Source of the DNA: Marsupella aquatica
Lineage: Eukaryota; Plantae; Marchantiophyta
Length of the DNA stretch: 64,000 nucleotides
Direction: 5' to 3'
Assembly: GCA_973895155.1 (NCBI GenBank)
Contig: OZ316892.1
Span: 20,585,619-20,649,618 of the forward strand
This document shows, piece by piece, positions 23,742 through 37,361 of the stretch. Position 1 is the first letter of the stretch. The number at the start of each line of letters is the position of its first letter. The position numbers and the translations under genes are program-made. The notes beneath the pieces are model-generated. The model ran no database searches and had not been told where the DNA came from. It was given only the letters and a program-made list of their open reading frames with translations.

Positions 23742-23852
23742 ACCTGGCCTGAAAAGTGAACAGGAGGTGCTGTCTGGAAGGGGAAACACGGTGGGCTCTT
23801 CCGGTGAGTTGTGGGGGAGAATCGAGGCATATTAAATGCTTTAGCAGGGACT
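23742..23852 (-). repeat. Right terminal inverted repeat
   Basis: Reverse complement of 6211-6322; perfect over the outer 44 bp. Confidence 0.9.
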
Positions 23853-26438
23853 CGTATCCGTGATCTCAGGATCAGTCGTTAATTTTCTGGGACACTGATG
23901 GTATTGACGGTCAATAATGTTGCTGCTACCGTAGTACTTGTTGGAACCATGCGCGATTCAATTCGTCATGAGGTTTTCTAAGCACTCAACTACCCAACAA
24001 ACATACGTGCAATTGCAATAAAGATTATATTTCTTTGCATGGAGCATGATTTGTGCAGAATCATCTTATAGAGTTCAACCTCCTTATTTCTTGGACCCAA
24101 CATGTACTGTAAACGTGCGTATTGTAGCATCATTTCTACATAATCTCTTATAGAGTGAAACATCTTTATTCCTTTTCCAACACATTCCATATGTATGAAT
24201 CGCATTCATTGTTCACTGCCTAAAATGCCTATTGTTTGTGTTGCTGGGCTATAATACGCTACGGTATTGACTGGGACCATGATTGAGTTCTCAATATAGC
24301 ATGCTCATCCTGAACATGCTTGAATTTTTTGTCTTGTAGTGATTTGAAAGTAAATAAAATATGAGAACATAATTAGAAGGATTAGTGCATAGTGACCAAT
24401 AAAAAGTACAATCAAGGATGCTACGATGTCTACACTTAATTCAATGTACTCATGAATGAAAAACCATAAACTTAGGAAAGAAAGACATAAGAGTAACTTA
24501 AGACACAATCAGAACCATTTCTCTCACTCATGAGAATACTTTGTTCAAGTGGTGGAGGCTTTTGGTTCATCTCTGATAAATCACAAACATCAAAATTTAT
24601 AAGGGGGCTGCCATAATAAGTCCAAAATACTCTAGAATCCTAAAATTAAAGGGATCCATAAATTAAATAAAAATGTATATTATACACAGGCTGCCCCTTG
24701 ATAAGGCACATTGAAATAAAAATATATGACACCAAAACTCTGAAAAGGTGGATTCACCATATAGCAGTTTCATAAATTTTTGAGGACAAATCAAAACCTG
24801 TGATGACTATTTTCTAGCAAAGACGAAGATCGACGTGTTTGTCGGCAATGCATCCTCGAGTACTGAGTTTAGGGCCAGGTCATTCTTGCGGTGCGCACAT
24901 CATGTCGTCGAGAACGACTTGTCCTCCTGTTTCATCTTGATTCACAAAACCCGTAGAATTGTGTGGATATGTTTAAGTAAGGGTGGTTTGGTCGCTCAAC
25001 GGGCAAGTTCCTAGAGTATAATACTCCTCACTTATGAGAAGGTTAAGTTTTCTCAAACATATATACAACGGAAGGGCCTGGGTGGAGATTGCAATCAAAG
25101 CTTTCAAGAGTTTTTGTGACCATTTTGCCATTACTCATCAAAACCCACCACTTGCCTTGTAGGGCATACTAGCCTCGAAGTGACCACCAGATGTATTCTA
25201 CAGTCGAGAATGATTCCTTGTCTATGAATTCCAGGTTATTGTCGATAGCAAAGACTTTCCATGCTTCGAAACTCCTGTCCCTTCATTTGCAATTGCTTAT
25301 CTGTTGAATTGCGTCCATAATACCAAAGGGTCCTTTGTAAACCAATCGTTTCCACTCAATTGCAAAACTGTTTGTATGCACTGGAGGAAGATTTGAACCT
25401 CTGAGTCAACATGCGAATATCTGGGCTGATGGGATCCAGTTGCCTAGTATAGATGTTTTAAATATGACAAAAGTTTGTTCCTGCGTGCAGAGGCAAGCTG
25501 TCTGGCAGTAGCACCGTTTTTATATCAAACGTTTCCTTCCATGGTTAGCATTTCAGGCAGAGTTTCTTTGAGGGAAGGACTTGTCAGATTAACGCATGCT
25601 GATGCAGTTCAGTATCCAATTCAAGTTCAGAACTGTTGAGTTGTTTTGAAGGGAGATCTTGTCTGATGAACCCAGTTTGATCCAGTTCAACATCCAATGG
25701 AAGTTCAGACTTCGGGAACAGAATGATCGGCAGAGATGCTGGACCAGAGTCATCTGGTCATAGATCTTCTCTGGTTCTACCCCTAAGTGACAATAGACTG
25801 GTTTACAATTGCTACCGAGTTTATGGGTAGAATTTCTCCCTTCCACTAATCACTAGCGATCAATAAGCTCCTGCTTTCTCTCATGACTCCAAACATCAAA
25901 TCGTCAAGAAACCTTGCGCTGTTGAAAAAAGCAGGGTTATCTGGTTCCAAGGAGTTACGGTTCGAATGTATACGGGTGTCCAAATGTCAAGGCAGTGGTT
26001 CCCACTTCAAAGGCGGTGAAACAGCTTCTATTAAAAAAAACATTTTCAGTTAATATCCTGTGGGTTCCGAATAAAATTGCCATGAGATCAACTGGTAGCC
26101 TGTGCGGAAAACCATTCCCACTCCCTTTATTGCTTTCATAATCGAGCTAATGTCGATGGACGGGAAACAATGACAGCCATCTTATGCCGACTGAATCTAT
26201 ACAGAGTAAAGTCTGATCTCATTTTCAAACCAGGAAAATGTTTCAGTCAAGTGGTACAGAAAGCACCATCGCTATTCACACTACTAATGTGCCTTGTCCT
26301 ACCTACGCCTGCACACAGTTCCCTCACTTCCCTGGGCACGCCGCCTCTCCTATATTTACAGTTGACATTTGCTGGACCGCATTATAGGGACCAATGGAAT
26401 AAAGAGTAGCTGCCAAAATTGTATTCACATTCATCACC

Positions 26439-29400
26439 CTACGACCCACACAATCCAGCAGCCACTTGTCCTAGAGGCACACATAATGTGTTCTCAAATT
26501 CCAACCCCGTTTCCCGCTTTTTCTCCTCAAAAGCCTGGTCACCTCTTGCTTTCGTTTTCACGGTTGGTAAACCCCAACTCAAAGGTAAAAGCAAATTGTC
26601 GGAGTTCAATGCTTCTTCTTTGATGGACAAGTCGGTTAAAATGCGTCTACCAGTGTCTTTGTTTACTGTTCTGCTTGGAGGACTCAACTCCTCCACGAGC
26701 CTCTGCATCACTTGATCACAGGTTGCACGTATAACCTGCCAACCGGCTCCAACACAATCATGGGTTAAGACTGGTCAGTTTGTAAGAATCACAAATGGTT
26801 ATCACAAACTCAACCCAAATATCTGTTCGACCCGGTATCTTAGCAGTTAACTTGAAGGGCAACAGCCATGTAGCGATTACAAATATGTCAAAAAGTACAT
26901 GTAAGACCAAGGATACCCAGAGAAGAGAAAGCATTCATATAACAAAACAATGTTAGAAATATGGTTAGTATAGGCAGACAATCAACTATTTCAGTCAGAT
27001 TTATGTTCACTCTGCTTGAACTACAGCTGAGAAAGATTGACAGAGCCTGGTTCTGGAATTATACCAGAGAAGCCCGCGAATCAAGTGGAGTACTCTGAAG
27101 ATTGACAATCACCACCCTCCCTCCATTACCCAAAATCTTTGCCGGTAGATCACAAGCTGGAGTAACTTTCAAGCTCGAACCTAATACTATTCCCAAATCA
27201 GCCTTCTGAGTATGCTTTGTTGCTGAATTCATTGCCTGCAGTTCAAACCAGGGTACAGAATTATGGCAGCCTCCTAGATTGACATGGGACTAAACGTTTG
27301 CGACGTGAGATATGTTTGTGTGAATCTCGTAATATGCATTTCATAGCAGCGAACAAACCGAAATTCAAGGCAAGAGACATCATAATAAAGCGTTCCCACA
27401 TGCCTATGCCTTAGCAACTCAGGCATTGCAGAGAGATTCCACTAATATCAAGAATCGAGTACTTGAGAAACACTGTCACGAACTCAACACTTTGTCAATC
27501 CTAGCTTTGAGGAAGGCTCATGTCTCACCTCTTCTGGTAATTCTTCCCAAAATTGAATCACTGAATCTTGAAGGTTTCCTTGGCATCCTACTTTTTCACA
27601 TTTCCTCCCCGTTTGATGTTTTGACTGTTGGTCTGTATCTTCCATCCCGGATTCCGACCTATTCAGCTTTGTCTGCTTCTTACACGTGGGGCCTCCATCA
27701 CTCTTGCGAAGCTTGCTAGGTCTTGATGAAGCAGATTGTTCAACCAGAAAGTTGACCCCTGGTTCAGTAGTTGATGCTAATCCAGCCCAAACAGCATAAG
27801 ACCTAAAGTAGGAAGTTTTGCATTCTGGACATATCTCTAAACAGTAATTACCATGGAGCTCACTTAGATTTTCCGGAAAGACTCCACTTCTTAAATGTAG
27901 ACCATCAATATTTTGAGAAATAATATGTCTTACTTGCCCTGCATCCAAAAGCCTTTTCAGGGCAATGTGGCTGAATGTTGGCTCCACCTGTACCGAAGAC
28001 AATGGTCTACTTATATTTGTTATGCCGCACACTACCAGACAGTTTGAAAGGTAAAACAATAAAACATGTCAGAAAGTACCAGTCTATAGAAAAAAGATTC
28101 TCCTAAAGATCTTATCTGTTCCCAACGCACAGAACAAAACCTGCGGATGTCCCATAAGCTAGAAAAGGATATCCTGATGCTACAAAAACCCACTATATAC
28201 AAATGCTGCAAGTGCATTGAATTCCTATACATCTTGTGCCTCTCATTGATAGCAATTCACGGGTCAGATCACAATGCAGACATATCAAGTAAAAGCTTCT
28301 AGATAGCTATTGAAATGGGTCCTTACTTGGTTGCTTTGCACTAAAGTCGTGCGAAACCTTAAAAACCATTTCAATTTCGAAACCCCAAAGGGACTACCTA
28401 TTGTAGCAAGATCATTGTCTTCAATAACGCGCTTGAACAGACTAGAAGTAATCGAAGACTTGATGATTGGACGGGGTAAGAGGAGGCTCCTTACTAACAG
28501 ACGGCTAAAGCTCCGGTTCGGATACAAAGCCTTCGTGAATAACATATTGACCAGGTCTGCAGTGGTGAGAATCAGCCTAATGGGCGTTACCAAAGGCAGA
28601 GCTCACTCTGTTGTTTCTAAATGTATGAAGGAATATAATAATGGCTGCGACCTCAGGGAGCAGAGGAAGATTTCTAGACAAACTAAAGTTCCCAGATATC
28701 AAGAGAAAACATTTCTCAGACGAATGCCCAGGATTAAGGAACAGTAGCAGTTAAAACGACTGCACGTTGTATAAAATTCAAAGATGTGATAAGGAGTGGA
28801 GGAATTTTGAGATGGGAGAAAGTACATATTTCCGGGGAGATTCTGAGGAAATTTTCAGAGGGGTATCTAGTAGCTACATCCTTCCGAGAGCATTAAATTT
28901 TTAGAGGGAACAACGTGATTTTGATGCTCGTGCCACAGAAAGCAGAAGAGAGATGATGAGTATGGAGAGAACCCATCCAATGTCCACCAGTAAAAGTTGT
29001 AACGGAAGCGAAAATAGACTGATGGCAAGATATTCAAAGGAACGAGTTGAGATGGACTTTCATTGAATAATGGACAATTAGCCCTGGCCGATAAAGTTCT
29101 ACCCACTGAGAACGATGGATCACAGACCTAATCACTCTAACAAAGCTTGAGCTGTGGAAGGTGAATTTCACAGCAGGAATGGATTGAATCAATAAAGATT
29201 TGAGCTTTCTTCCCAGTCTGTTCAAGCACTAATTACACCAAACCTACAGCCTGCAAAGATAAATTCCTATCCTGGAGAGTAAGAGGTAACCTTGCTGAAA
29301 TCAGGCTCGGACAGTCGCTTGCCTTGTGCTCTCATAGTCCAAACTCCTGAGGGTCCCCGGAAGTCCGGTATACCTGCTGCAGTTGAAAGACCAGCTCCCG

Positions 29401-30269
29401 TATAAACCTATATAATACAGTTCTCCAGACTCAGTCCCAAAAAACGAATGTGCGTTGAAAAAAGCCCAAAACCGTACTTCGAGAAAGATAACGCAGGAGG
29501 TGCCAGATTTAGACAGATTACATAATAATAACCACGGCATGTCGCATACATATCAAGGACATAAAAGCTCATACATCAGGCACATTACTCAGGACTTAGC
29601 CTTGAGAATATAATTAGGGCGGGTCAGGAAAAGGTACCACAGTATACTTGGAGGTGCGGATCATGTTGGCCAGCTCCCTGACTTTCAACCGTACACTATC
29701 AGGATCATCTGTTATTTCTTCCATTGTTTTGGGAGCGCGGCTCCGCAACTGATATCTGTGCAACACGGTGACAGAATTTGTGAATCTGATTAGCCTGATG
29801 AGTCATGTCAAAAATCTCATCTTTCATCATTATTTATCATGAGAATATTCCAAGCGAATTCTTCTGATACATTTTAAGCTTCGAGAAAAAACTTGTAGCT
29901 TGAAGACTTTCATGTCAGATGCGAAACGAACTGCTACGATATGAATAACCTCGTTGCTTGTATATATGATAAGGGCTAGATGACTAGCTGTCCGTCACTA
30001 TGGAACTGATCCTCAAAATCTCTGGCGCTTGCCCTATATTCGGCTCAATATGAGGAGAGCCTAGCCAGCCGTGAGCATATTGCAGGACCTAGTGCCTCTA
30101 CTGTTTCAATCTGTTGAGTAGAAATCGAGGTCCACATAAAGCGATATAGCGTGTGCGATTTAGTACAACAATTAATGAACCTTGACATGCGTATGCTTTC
30201 GATACTGGGTCTGCTGGTGTCCAGGGGGACGTTGCGCCCTAAATTGAACAGAGTAGGAAGAGAATTCAT
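26439..30269 (-). CDS. NAD-dependent protein deacylase, class IV sirtuin (SIRT6/SIRT7/SRT1-like)
   Basis: Exons 30269-30181, 29755-29638, 29407-29291, 27987-27529, 27235-27065 and 26735-26439, with phase-compatible GT-AG junctions. Motifs [61 protein letters not shown]. The first exon is less certain. Confidence 0.9.
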
Positions 30270-30359
30270 CGGTCTCTCTCCGTTTCTCTCCTTCGATCTA
30301 GTTTAAGACAGTATTTTCATTCTCGTAACTCCCCCTGACACTGCTCATCCGACTGCCTT

Positions 30360-31330
30360 AAGCAACACATTGAAAGATGCCTAGCCAGTGATGAATTGGG
30401 TCCACACGACATCTTTCCAGTGGAAACACATCCAAAGAAGGACATGTCACTGCGGAACTCTGTCCAGAAATTTGCATTTCACGAGTACAACTCAAAAACA
30501 GTACAATGATAGGCAATCGACAATTGACTCTGCATCCATGATTGGGAAAAGAAAGTTTCCGCCCAGAAACCACAAACAAAATGCATGGAATTGGCGCCTC
30601 TCGGTCACACAGCATGCTTAGGGTCTGGCTTACCTCCTCATGGTGGACTCCGGCTCTGGCCCAGGCTCCCAAGCCGAGAAACAAATGATATGACAACTCT
30701 TACAGCAAGAATGACGAACTCAAAATGTCACAGAGACGGTGCCATTTACAACCTCTTCTCCAACTCCTCCACCTTCCACACCCAACGGTCCTTCTGAGCA
30801 ATCCTGAATAGCAATGGCACCTCAGAAACTGCTTCCAATTCCGAACTCCAGCACTGGAGGTGGGCACCCATGAAAGAAGGACAACAAGAAAAGAACACCA
30901 GAATGGTGCAGCGATGGTGGTTTGTACCAGCACAAACTTGCTGCTCTGTTCTGGAGACCCAAACAAAATCCCTGCCACGGAGAAAACTTCCCCTCGAAGA
31001 AAGAAGTATACAGAAGCCAAAGACTGGAATATATTGAGGCTGGTGAATAAGAACGTCCAACCACCAAGTTTAGGAATTTGACAGTAGGTGGACATCCAGG
31101 ATGTACCACATCCTAATATTGGTCTCCAGAACCAGTTCTTTACATGGACTCCATACCCTTGTTACGTCTCCTGCCAAAGCTCAAGGTGACATCTCATCTT
31201 TCATCCCATGCTTGTGCCATCCTTCCAGCACTGTAATTAGGTGGCCCTAGACTCTAAAATCAAGCATGATTCTTTGGTTGCCAGTCCTGTTCAGGTGTGT
31301 TAAGGTGTAGTGCTTCACATCCAGGTTTTC
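30360..31330 (-). mobile_element. Degenerate L1/LINE 3' fragment (zf-RVT-like region)
   Basis: Trp-rich broken frames (WVWK, WRSWRRGCKWHRLC, ..RAGV..LCDR..ILF) resembling the plant LINE C-terminus; many stops. Confidence 0.35.
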
Positions 31331-34300
31331 CATTCAATTTACCTATTATAGCACTAAGCATGGGCAACCATGTTCTTGTTATCTATAGTTATGTTATCTA
31401 TGGAGACAAGTTATGAGAAATGGAGGCAAGACATGGACACTTGGGGAATGATTTCAATAGGGCATGTTAAAGTATCACCACAAGCAAAGTCTTATGACTG
31501 TAAATTTTTGGACACAAGATTCTTATGGGATGTGTATTTGGGTAGCGGATAAGGATTACGCCTGGCCATAAAACAGTTTTATGGCGATGGCCATATCTCA
31601 CTTATGGCGCTGCTTTGACACACCCTAATGAGAAGCCAAACATGGTGTATCTTTGGGTTGCCATAGCTATAATTGGAGTGGACATAAGTCATACATGTAT
31701 GTTAACAGAGTGGAAAGAATCTGGCCCTTGATGGTGGGCTTTGTTGGCATCATGCTTGCCCTCTTTATCATTTCATGTTCCTTAGCGGCCTGGTAATTGC
31801 ACATCAAAAACTGACAGCCAGAATGATAAGTATTTAGACTAGCACTAAGTTTTTTAAACAAAATACCTGTGTTTATCATAGTATGGAGTGACACTGTACA
31901 TCATATATTATAACATTTTGATTTGCAAGTACGGGGGCTCGTTTCCTTACAGTAGTACATTTTGAGGGCAATTTTGTGGGCAAGAATTAGGACTGGTCAG
32001 AGGGTTTTATTTATTTCAACTTATGTCCTTTCTTGTCTCCTTTATGGTTTGACTAAGTTTAAGTAGCTTAGTGTGTTCTCCTTGATCTTGTTGTGGGTAC
32101 CCCCTTGTGCTTTTGCTTTAAAATTTGCACTGTTTACTTGGGGGTTGTTCTTCATTGATGACAAGGTTGATGAAACTCTCACCTTAATTATACATTCCAA
32201 CCCAGTCTAATCCTATCATGCAACATATACGGGTGCACAGGAATGGTGAGCTGATGAACCAATAGAGTGCAGCAAGAAAAATTGCATAGGAGAGACAAGT
32301 ATGGCTCCATGTGTGAGAGGGGCTGGCAAGGAGGGAGAAATAGGCAAGAAAATGGGGCATGGATAGAAAGGAAAGGATGGGTGGGGAGGGGAGAAAGCAA
32401 GAAATGAAGAGAAAGGGGAGGGAGAATCAAGGAAAACTAGAAAATTTGTCACAGGGAAGACAATTGGGCAGTAGGGACAGAAAAAGGGAGCTTGTAGCAT
32501 AGTCAATTGTTTTCTACCCAACACCGCTTGCCCAACCTGCCTTACTTACACTTGACACCGCTTTTGCTGGATAACACTTTTTGCAACAATAACAATTTTT
32601 CAATGACAGCACTTCTGCTCTATGTCAGTTTACTTAACATCACTTGGGCTCAGGAGGACTTCATCTCAACAACCTTTTTCACTTGCCACCACTTACGTTT
32701 CAAGAATGGAATACTCAAACAATCAGCACAATTGCAAGTATAAACTAAAGAAGTACTACAGTTAATGTCACTGTATCCAATTGATAGTACCTTGAGCTTA
32801 GGGAATCAACTACAAATAACCATTACAAATAAAACCGTGAGTGGTCCAATAAAGCCAATTTCATACTGTTTGGACCAAAGTCTTAAAAGTTTGTTAAGAA
32901 GTAAATAAGGTGTTCACAACTCAAACAGATGAATCAAAGGTTCTTATTCGATACCTTTTATGTAGCCTCTAGGAACCTAAATAATTAGAATTATATAATT
33001 TGATACCTCTAGGAGCCAGCCTACAGAGGTACTGGCGTGGCTGGTGTCAGGAAAGAAACCAAGACAGACTACACTAACTATACTGTCATGCCGGTTTACA
33101 CAGGGTGTGCACAAAACATTTATTACTTTTCATTTTAGGCATTAATGCAATAAAATAATATCATTCTCCAATTTCCATTTTTAAATTTAAAAGCAATTCA
33201 ATTTAAAGTCACTGTGTTACACCAAGATGCGTAGAAATTTACATGAAAAAAAACATTCCTAAGTTTTATGAGGACCCCAAGATTCTTTGTTAGCCAGCAC
33301 CCAATTGAATTTTAGTAGTTTTTCTGTTGCACAAACCGAGATGGCACCATGTTATTCTCGAAGCCATTTGAGGTATCCTTGGTGGTCTCACTCAACATAG
33401 ATCCATCCCATGCTACTATTTACTTTCCTCAAAAGCTATTCCTAAATTCTCTCTAAGCCAATCATATGATGACATGCATTGGCTTTTGTTTGGACCCCAT
33501 ACTTTGGAGAAGTTCTTATTAAGTCTTCTTAAAAACCAGTTAAATAAATTGCTCTATGTTTTGGTACAGGTGGTGTGCTGTTTCTGCAGAAGTGAAATCC
33601 CCAAGGAGGTGTCTAGCTACTCTATGGGGGGATGCACATCATCCCCAGCAACCAGCCCTATCAGTGAACCCCCTGCAGTACTCCAACATTCCAATCCTTT
33701 ACTTGAAGGAATTCTAGAATAATTACAGTTCAGATTGGCCTTGCACAACCACTGAAGAATAATTAGAGTGAGATGTGAGGGCTTAGTATTTTGTACAAAA
33801 CATGTTTTAAGAGGCCTCTTTGCATTCTTGAGACCAAGCGCATGTATCATCCATTTAAAACATACATCTTCCAAACCTCATGCTCTCATCGGCACTCCAT
33901 TTTGGCCAAAAAATGCTATCTTTTGCGTCTTTGTCCTAAATTGTTCTAACCCAACAAATGATCTCAATGAAGATAATTGCACAATTAGATTTTAGAGTAT
34001 TGCATTCGTTTAGTCTGGTTATAAGCTATACCCTTACAACTATGTAATCATGGTTTGGACTTGAGCTGGAGAGAATCGGACTTGCGCAATATTCGGAAGT
34101 GGAAATACAATTCTGTCCTGCGTGCAAACAACACTCCTGGACATGCCTCTTTGTGTACTTCGACTCTCTGGAAGACCGACCACCCCACCCACCTAACACA
34201 ACGGGAGCAACTCCTTTGACCCACACCCTCGTTGCCCACAAGCTTCCAACCAGTTGGAGAATTACTCCATTAAACATCCTTCCTGAATTCTGGCTCACAC

Positions 34301-35082
34301 AATGAAAGAAAGATTTTCATGCCAAGGACGTGAGTGGAACACAGGGCCATTCAGTAAAAAGCCACACATTGCATTGCTTCAAGGGAATATGAGAAACGGG
34401 GGAAAATATTATGTGTGTTACATGAACGAGCTACACGATAATTATGCTATGGTGGGATGGGAAGATCAGTGGATTAGCTCTCATGAACGAACCTTAATAA
34501 CTTCGAAAGCGTGTTGTTGAAAATGTGTGCCAGTTCTTTTCGGCAAATATACTTGTTCCCATTCTCTCGCGTGTAAAGATATTACAAACACACACGAGGT
34601 TACGAGGTTTTTCTGTGAACAAATTCCCCTCGCCATTTTTTGTGTAAACTCTATTATAAGGGAAAGGATGTAGCAAAATCACTGATCTCAAAATCGCGCA
34701 GACGACTTTATGATGCCAAAGGAAAGCTTTAATCGCACTTTGCAAAGTTGTCACCGTTTCTCTTCTAGTATTTTCCCTCCTCTCACTGCAAAGTTCGACA
34801 ATATTCAAATAGCCTGACAGGAGCATGTCGATGCAGACTCCCCGTCATCCATATATTATACAAATAAAAGCGAAGCCACAGCACAAAATTATAAAGATCC
34901 GAACGACTCGAAGAATGTACAGTCTGGACTGTGTTTTACAATTATACACGAAGCACTGCTTCCTACCGCTTTAATTAAGGTACATCAGGCTGTGATTGTA
35001 ATACAACATTGACCCTGAATTAATTTACAACCATAGGAGTTTGACAGCAAATGCGAGGGGAGAAAGTCCACAATCTCATTGA

Positions 35083-37272
35083 TCAAAAATTGGCAGTAAG
35101 CTCCTTTATCTCCTCTACGGTAATTTTCTGGACGGAGAAATTGAAACATAAAAGTTAGAATCATTCAAAATGAAGCTTAGAAACTGTCTGTAAAAACTTG
35201 CGAAGTGCGCGGCTCATTCACAACTGTGCAGCATACTCGATGAATACTATGCAGACCATTCACGACATCTTCTTAAAAATGCAACAGCAAACCTCTCACG
35301 AGTATTCATACTTCGTGCGAGCAAAATAAAACCACACACACCTGGTCTTCGCCAGCGAAGTCATTGTCGGATGTCAAGAATAGCATACAATGACATTCCT
35401 TCCTGAAAACAGCCCAAAACTCAAGTTAGTGACAAGCCTCTGAAATGCGCATGATCCCAATCCCAGCTTGTGCTTTTCCCCAAAGTAACCTTTCACTCGC
35501 ATACAAACTCCAAGAATCCAACAAAGGACTACACAAAAAGTGACTACAGAGAATTGGACCCTCACATTCATGATTCATCCAGGTTACATGCTGAAAATCT
35601 GTCCTCTAAGTAATGCAATGTTAACTCTGTTTTAAATTATGAACATAAAAATGTGATAACTGTTCTGTCCCGTCATTTCAAGGGTGCATACCAAACTCGA
35701 GGCAAATTCTGTTCATGCAAAACTGAGGCAAATTCTGTATCAATTGAAATGGTCCCGGATCAGCTATTACAGAGAGAACCCAGGCAGACCAAATACTTGT
35801 ACAAACCTCTCTCTCATAGGAACACAAGGGCAATTCCAGAATCCCTGCTCCACTTCGGCTCGTTTATCATCATAATGCCTGCAGGATAAATATCAAAGAG
35901 GACACGAGTAAGTCTCCGGGCTTGAGATTAAGTACACAGACTCTGAAATAACCCCACAGCACCGGACTTTGTGACCCATCTCCTCTGCGTTGGAACTTTG
36001 CACGGAACAGAAACTCAACCCGGAAAGAACTCATTTGAACCCACTTCCTCTCATGGATCCCCAGCATTTACAGGTATCTGCCCACGAGATATTGGAGCTA
36101 AATGCATTATTGCTCGCCAGAGCAAGGTTCATTCGGAAAACCCTCCAGCTATTGGAAAGTAAAAGATTGAGTAGAATAATTGACGAGCTTATCGCACTTC
36201 TCAACAACCGTGCCCAGTAAAGAATCCCACTAGTACGCAAGTATTCCTTTAAGCAATAGAGAGAACAACACACTGACCTATATCATGCTGCTGGTTGGCC
36301 AGTGTGAGTAACTCACCTACAGGGACAGAGTGGGGCACCAAGAGAATCTTTGTGCTCTGCCAATCCCTGTTCAAAATTCAACGAAGTAAGCACCTTCAGA
36401 AGAGATAGATGGGACGCCATTTCCTAGTGCTAGCAAGAAAACAGCGCAATGTAACGGATTCACCAGGCTTGCACTTGACATCGAGCGAAACAATTCAGCC
36501 TCAGTTGTAAGAACTGTTTATCTTTCTAAAAGCTTCGTAAACTGCACTTTGCATTCCGGTTTAAAAGCGATGGAAAGATTGAAACCAGTATCTTCAATTC
36601 GATTCGATTGGCTAACCTTAATTACAACCGATGTGACACCTTTGTCAACACAAAAAAAGGTCCCTGACCGCTTGGCATATTGCTCTGAGAACTTGCGCAT
36701 AATATCCAAACTTTTATCACTCGGTTCTACTGCAACCACTCACAAAAACCACAATGAACAAAAATTCGTTCCCACAATCTCCTAAGAGCTCAGCTGCCTC
36801 AACCTACGTGGACACCTCCACTACAATATCGAGAGAAATACACAGAACCTGAGTTCTACCTTTGAAGCTTCTGTATCAAGGACCCTGATTACTGCCTTCC
36901 AAAAAACACTCGGAAAACCAATTTCTATGATGCAGTACGCACAGCCCAAAACAGATTGCATACAGGGAGGAAAGAGTGATATCTTTGTATTGGAAAACAC
37001 CCTACACTCCAACAGATGACAACGCCATACATAGATCAAGCATTATTGTCACGCATACCACAAAATCGCTTCTCTAGAATGCACACTGCTAATACAGTGG
37101 ATACGAACACCGGAAACCCACCTGCACTGCAAAAAATGGGGGAACGATACCGGACAGTCCTCGAATCTCTCAAAGAGCACTCGCTATGGCCTCCGATTGA
37201 GATCCACACCTGGGTTCGTGCAGCAACGGATCCGAGAGCAGCACCGCCGATCGTAACTGAAACCGCGGCCAT
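35083..37272 (-). CDS. FTRC: Ferredoxin-thioredoxin reductase catalytic (beta) chain, chloroplastic
   Basis: Exons 37272-37122, 36729-36617, 36366-36317, 35878-35807, 35402-35342 and 35127-35083. MRKFSEQYA, GLAEHKDSLGAPLCPCRHY, FWNCPCVPMRERKECHCMLF (CPC/CPC/CHC); transit-peptide-like exon 1. Confidence 0.97.
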
Positions 37273-37327
37273 CTCCAACAGCAACGACGACAATAATAGC
37301 TCCAACGATTACAGATTCGCCACCCCT

Positions 37328-37361
37328 GCTCTGCTCTGCTTTGCTCTGCTTTGCTTTGCTT
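37328..37361. repeat. (CTCTG/CTTTG)n pentanucleotide repeat upstream of FTRC
   Basis: gctctgctctgctttgctctgctttgctttgctt. Confidence 0.75.

Larger units (their letters stand above)
6211..23852. mobile_element. ~17.6 kb inverted-repeat-bounded cargo DNA transposon (MULE transposase, cargo ORFs, ParB-DNA methyltransferase, DUF7869-like transposase)
   Basis: 6211-6254 AGTCCCTGCTAAAGCATTTAATATGCCTCGATTCTCCCCCACAA is the exact reverse complement of 23809-23852, and similarity continues imperfectly to ~110 bp. Two transposase-like genes lie inside. No clean TSD, so the exact termini are uncertain. Confidence 0.8.

Noticed and set aside
5392-24268. TACGGTATT at 5392 and 24260 as a 9-bp MULE TSD
   Set aside because: The same 9-mer also occurs at 6098, and no inverted repeats abut these positions
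24850-26100. Possible LINE remnant (also 28300-29230 in the sirtuin intron)
   Set aside because: Composition is suggestive, but no diagnostic RT or endonuclease motif could be read
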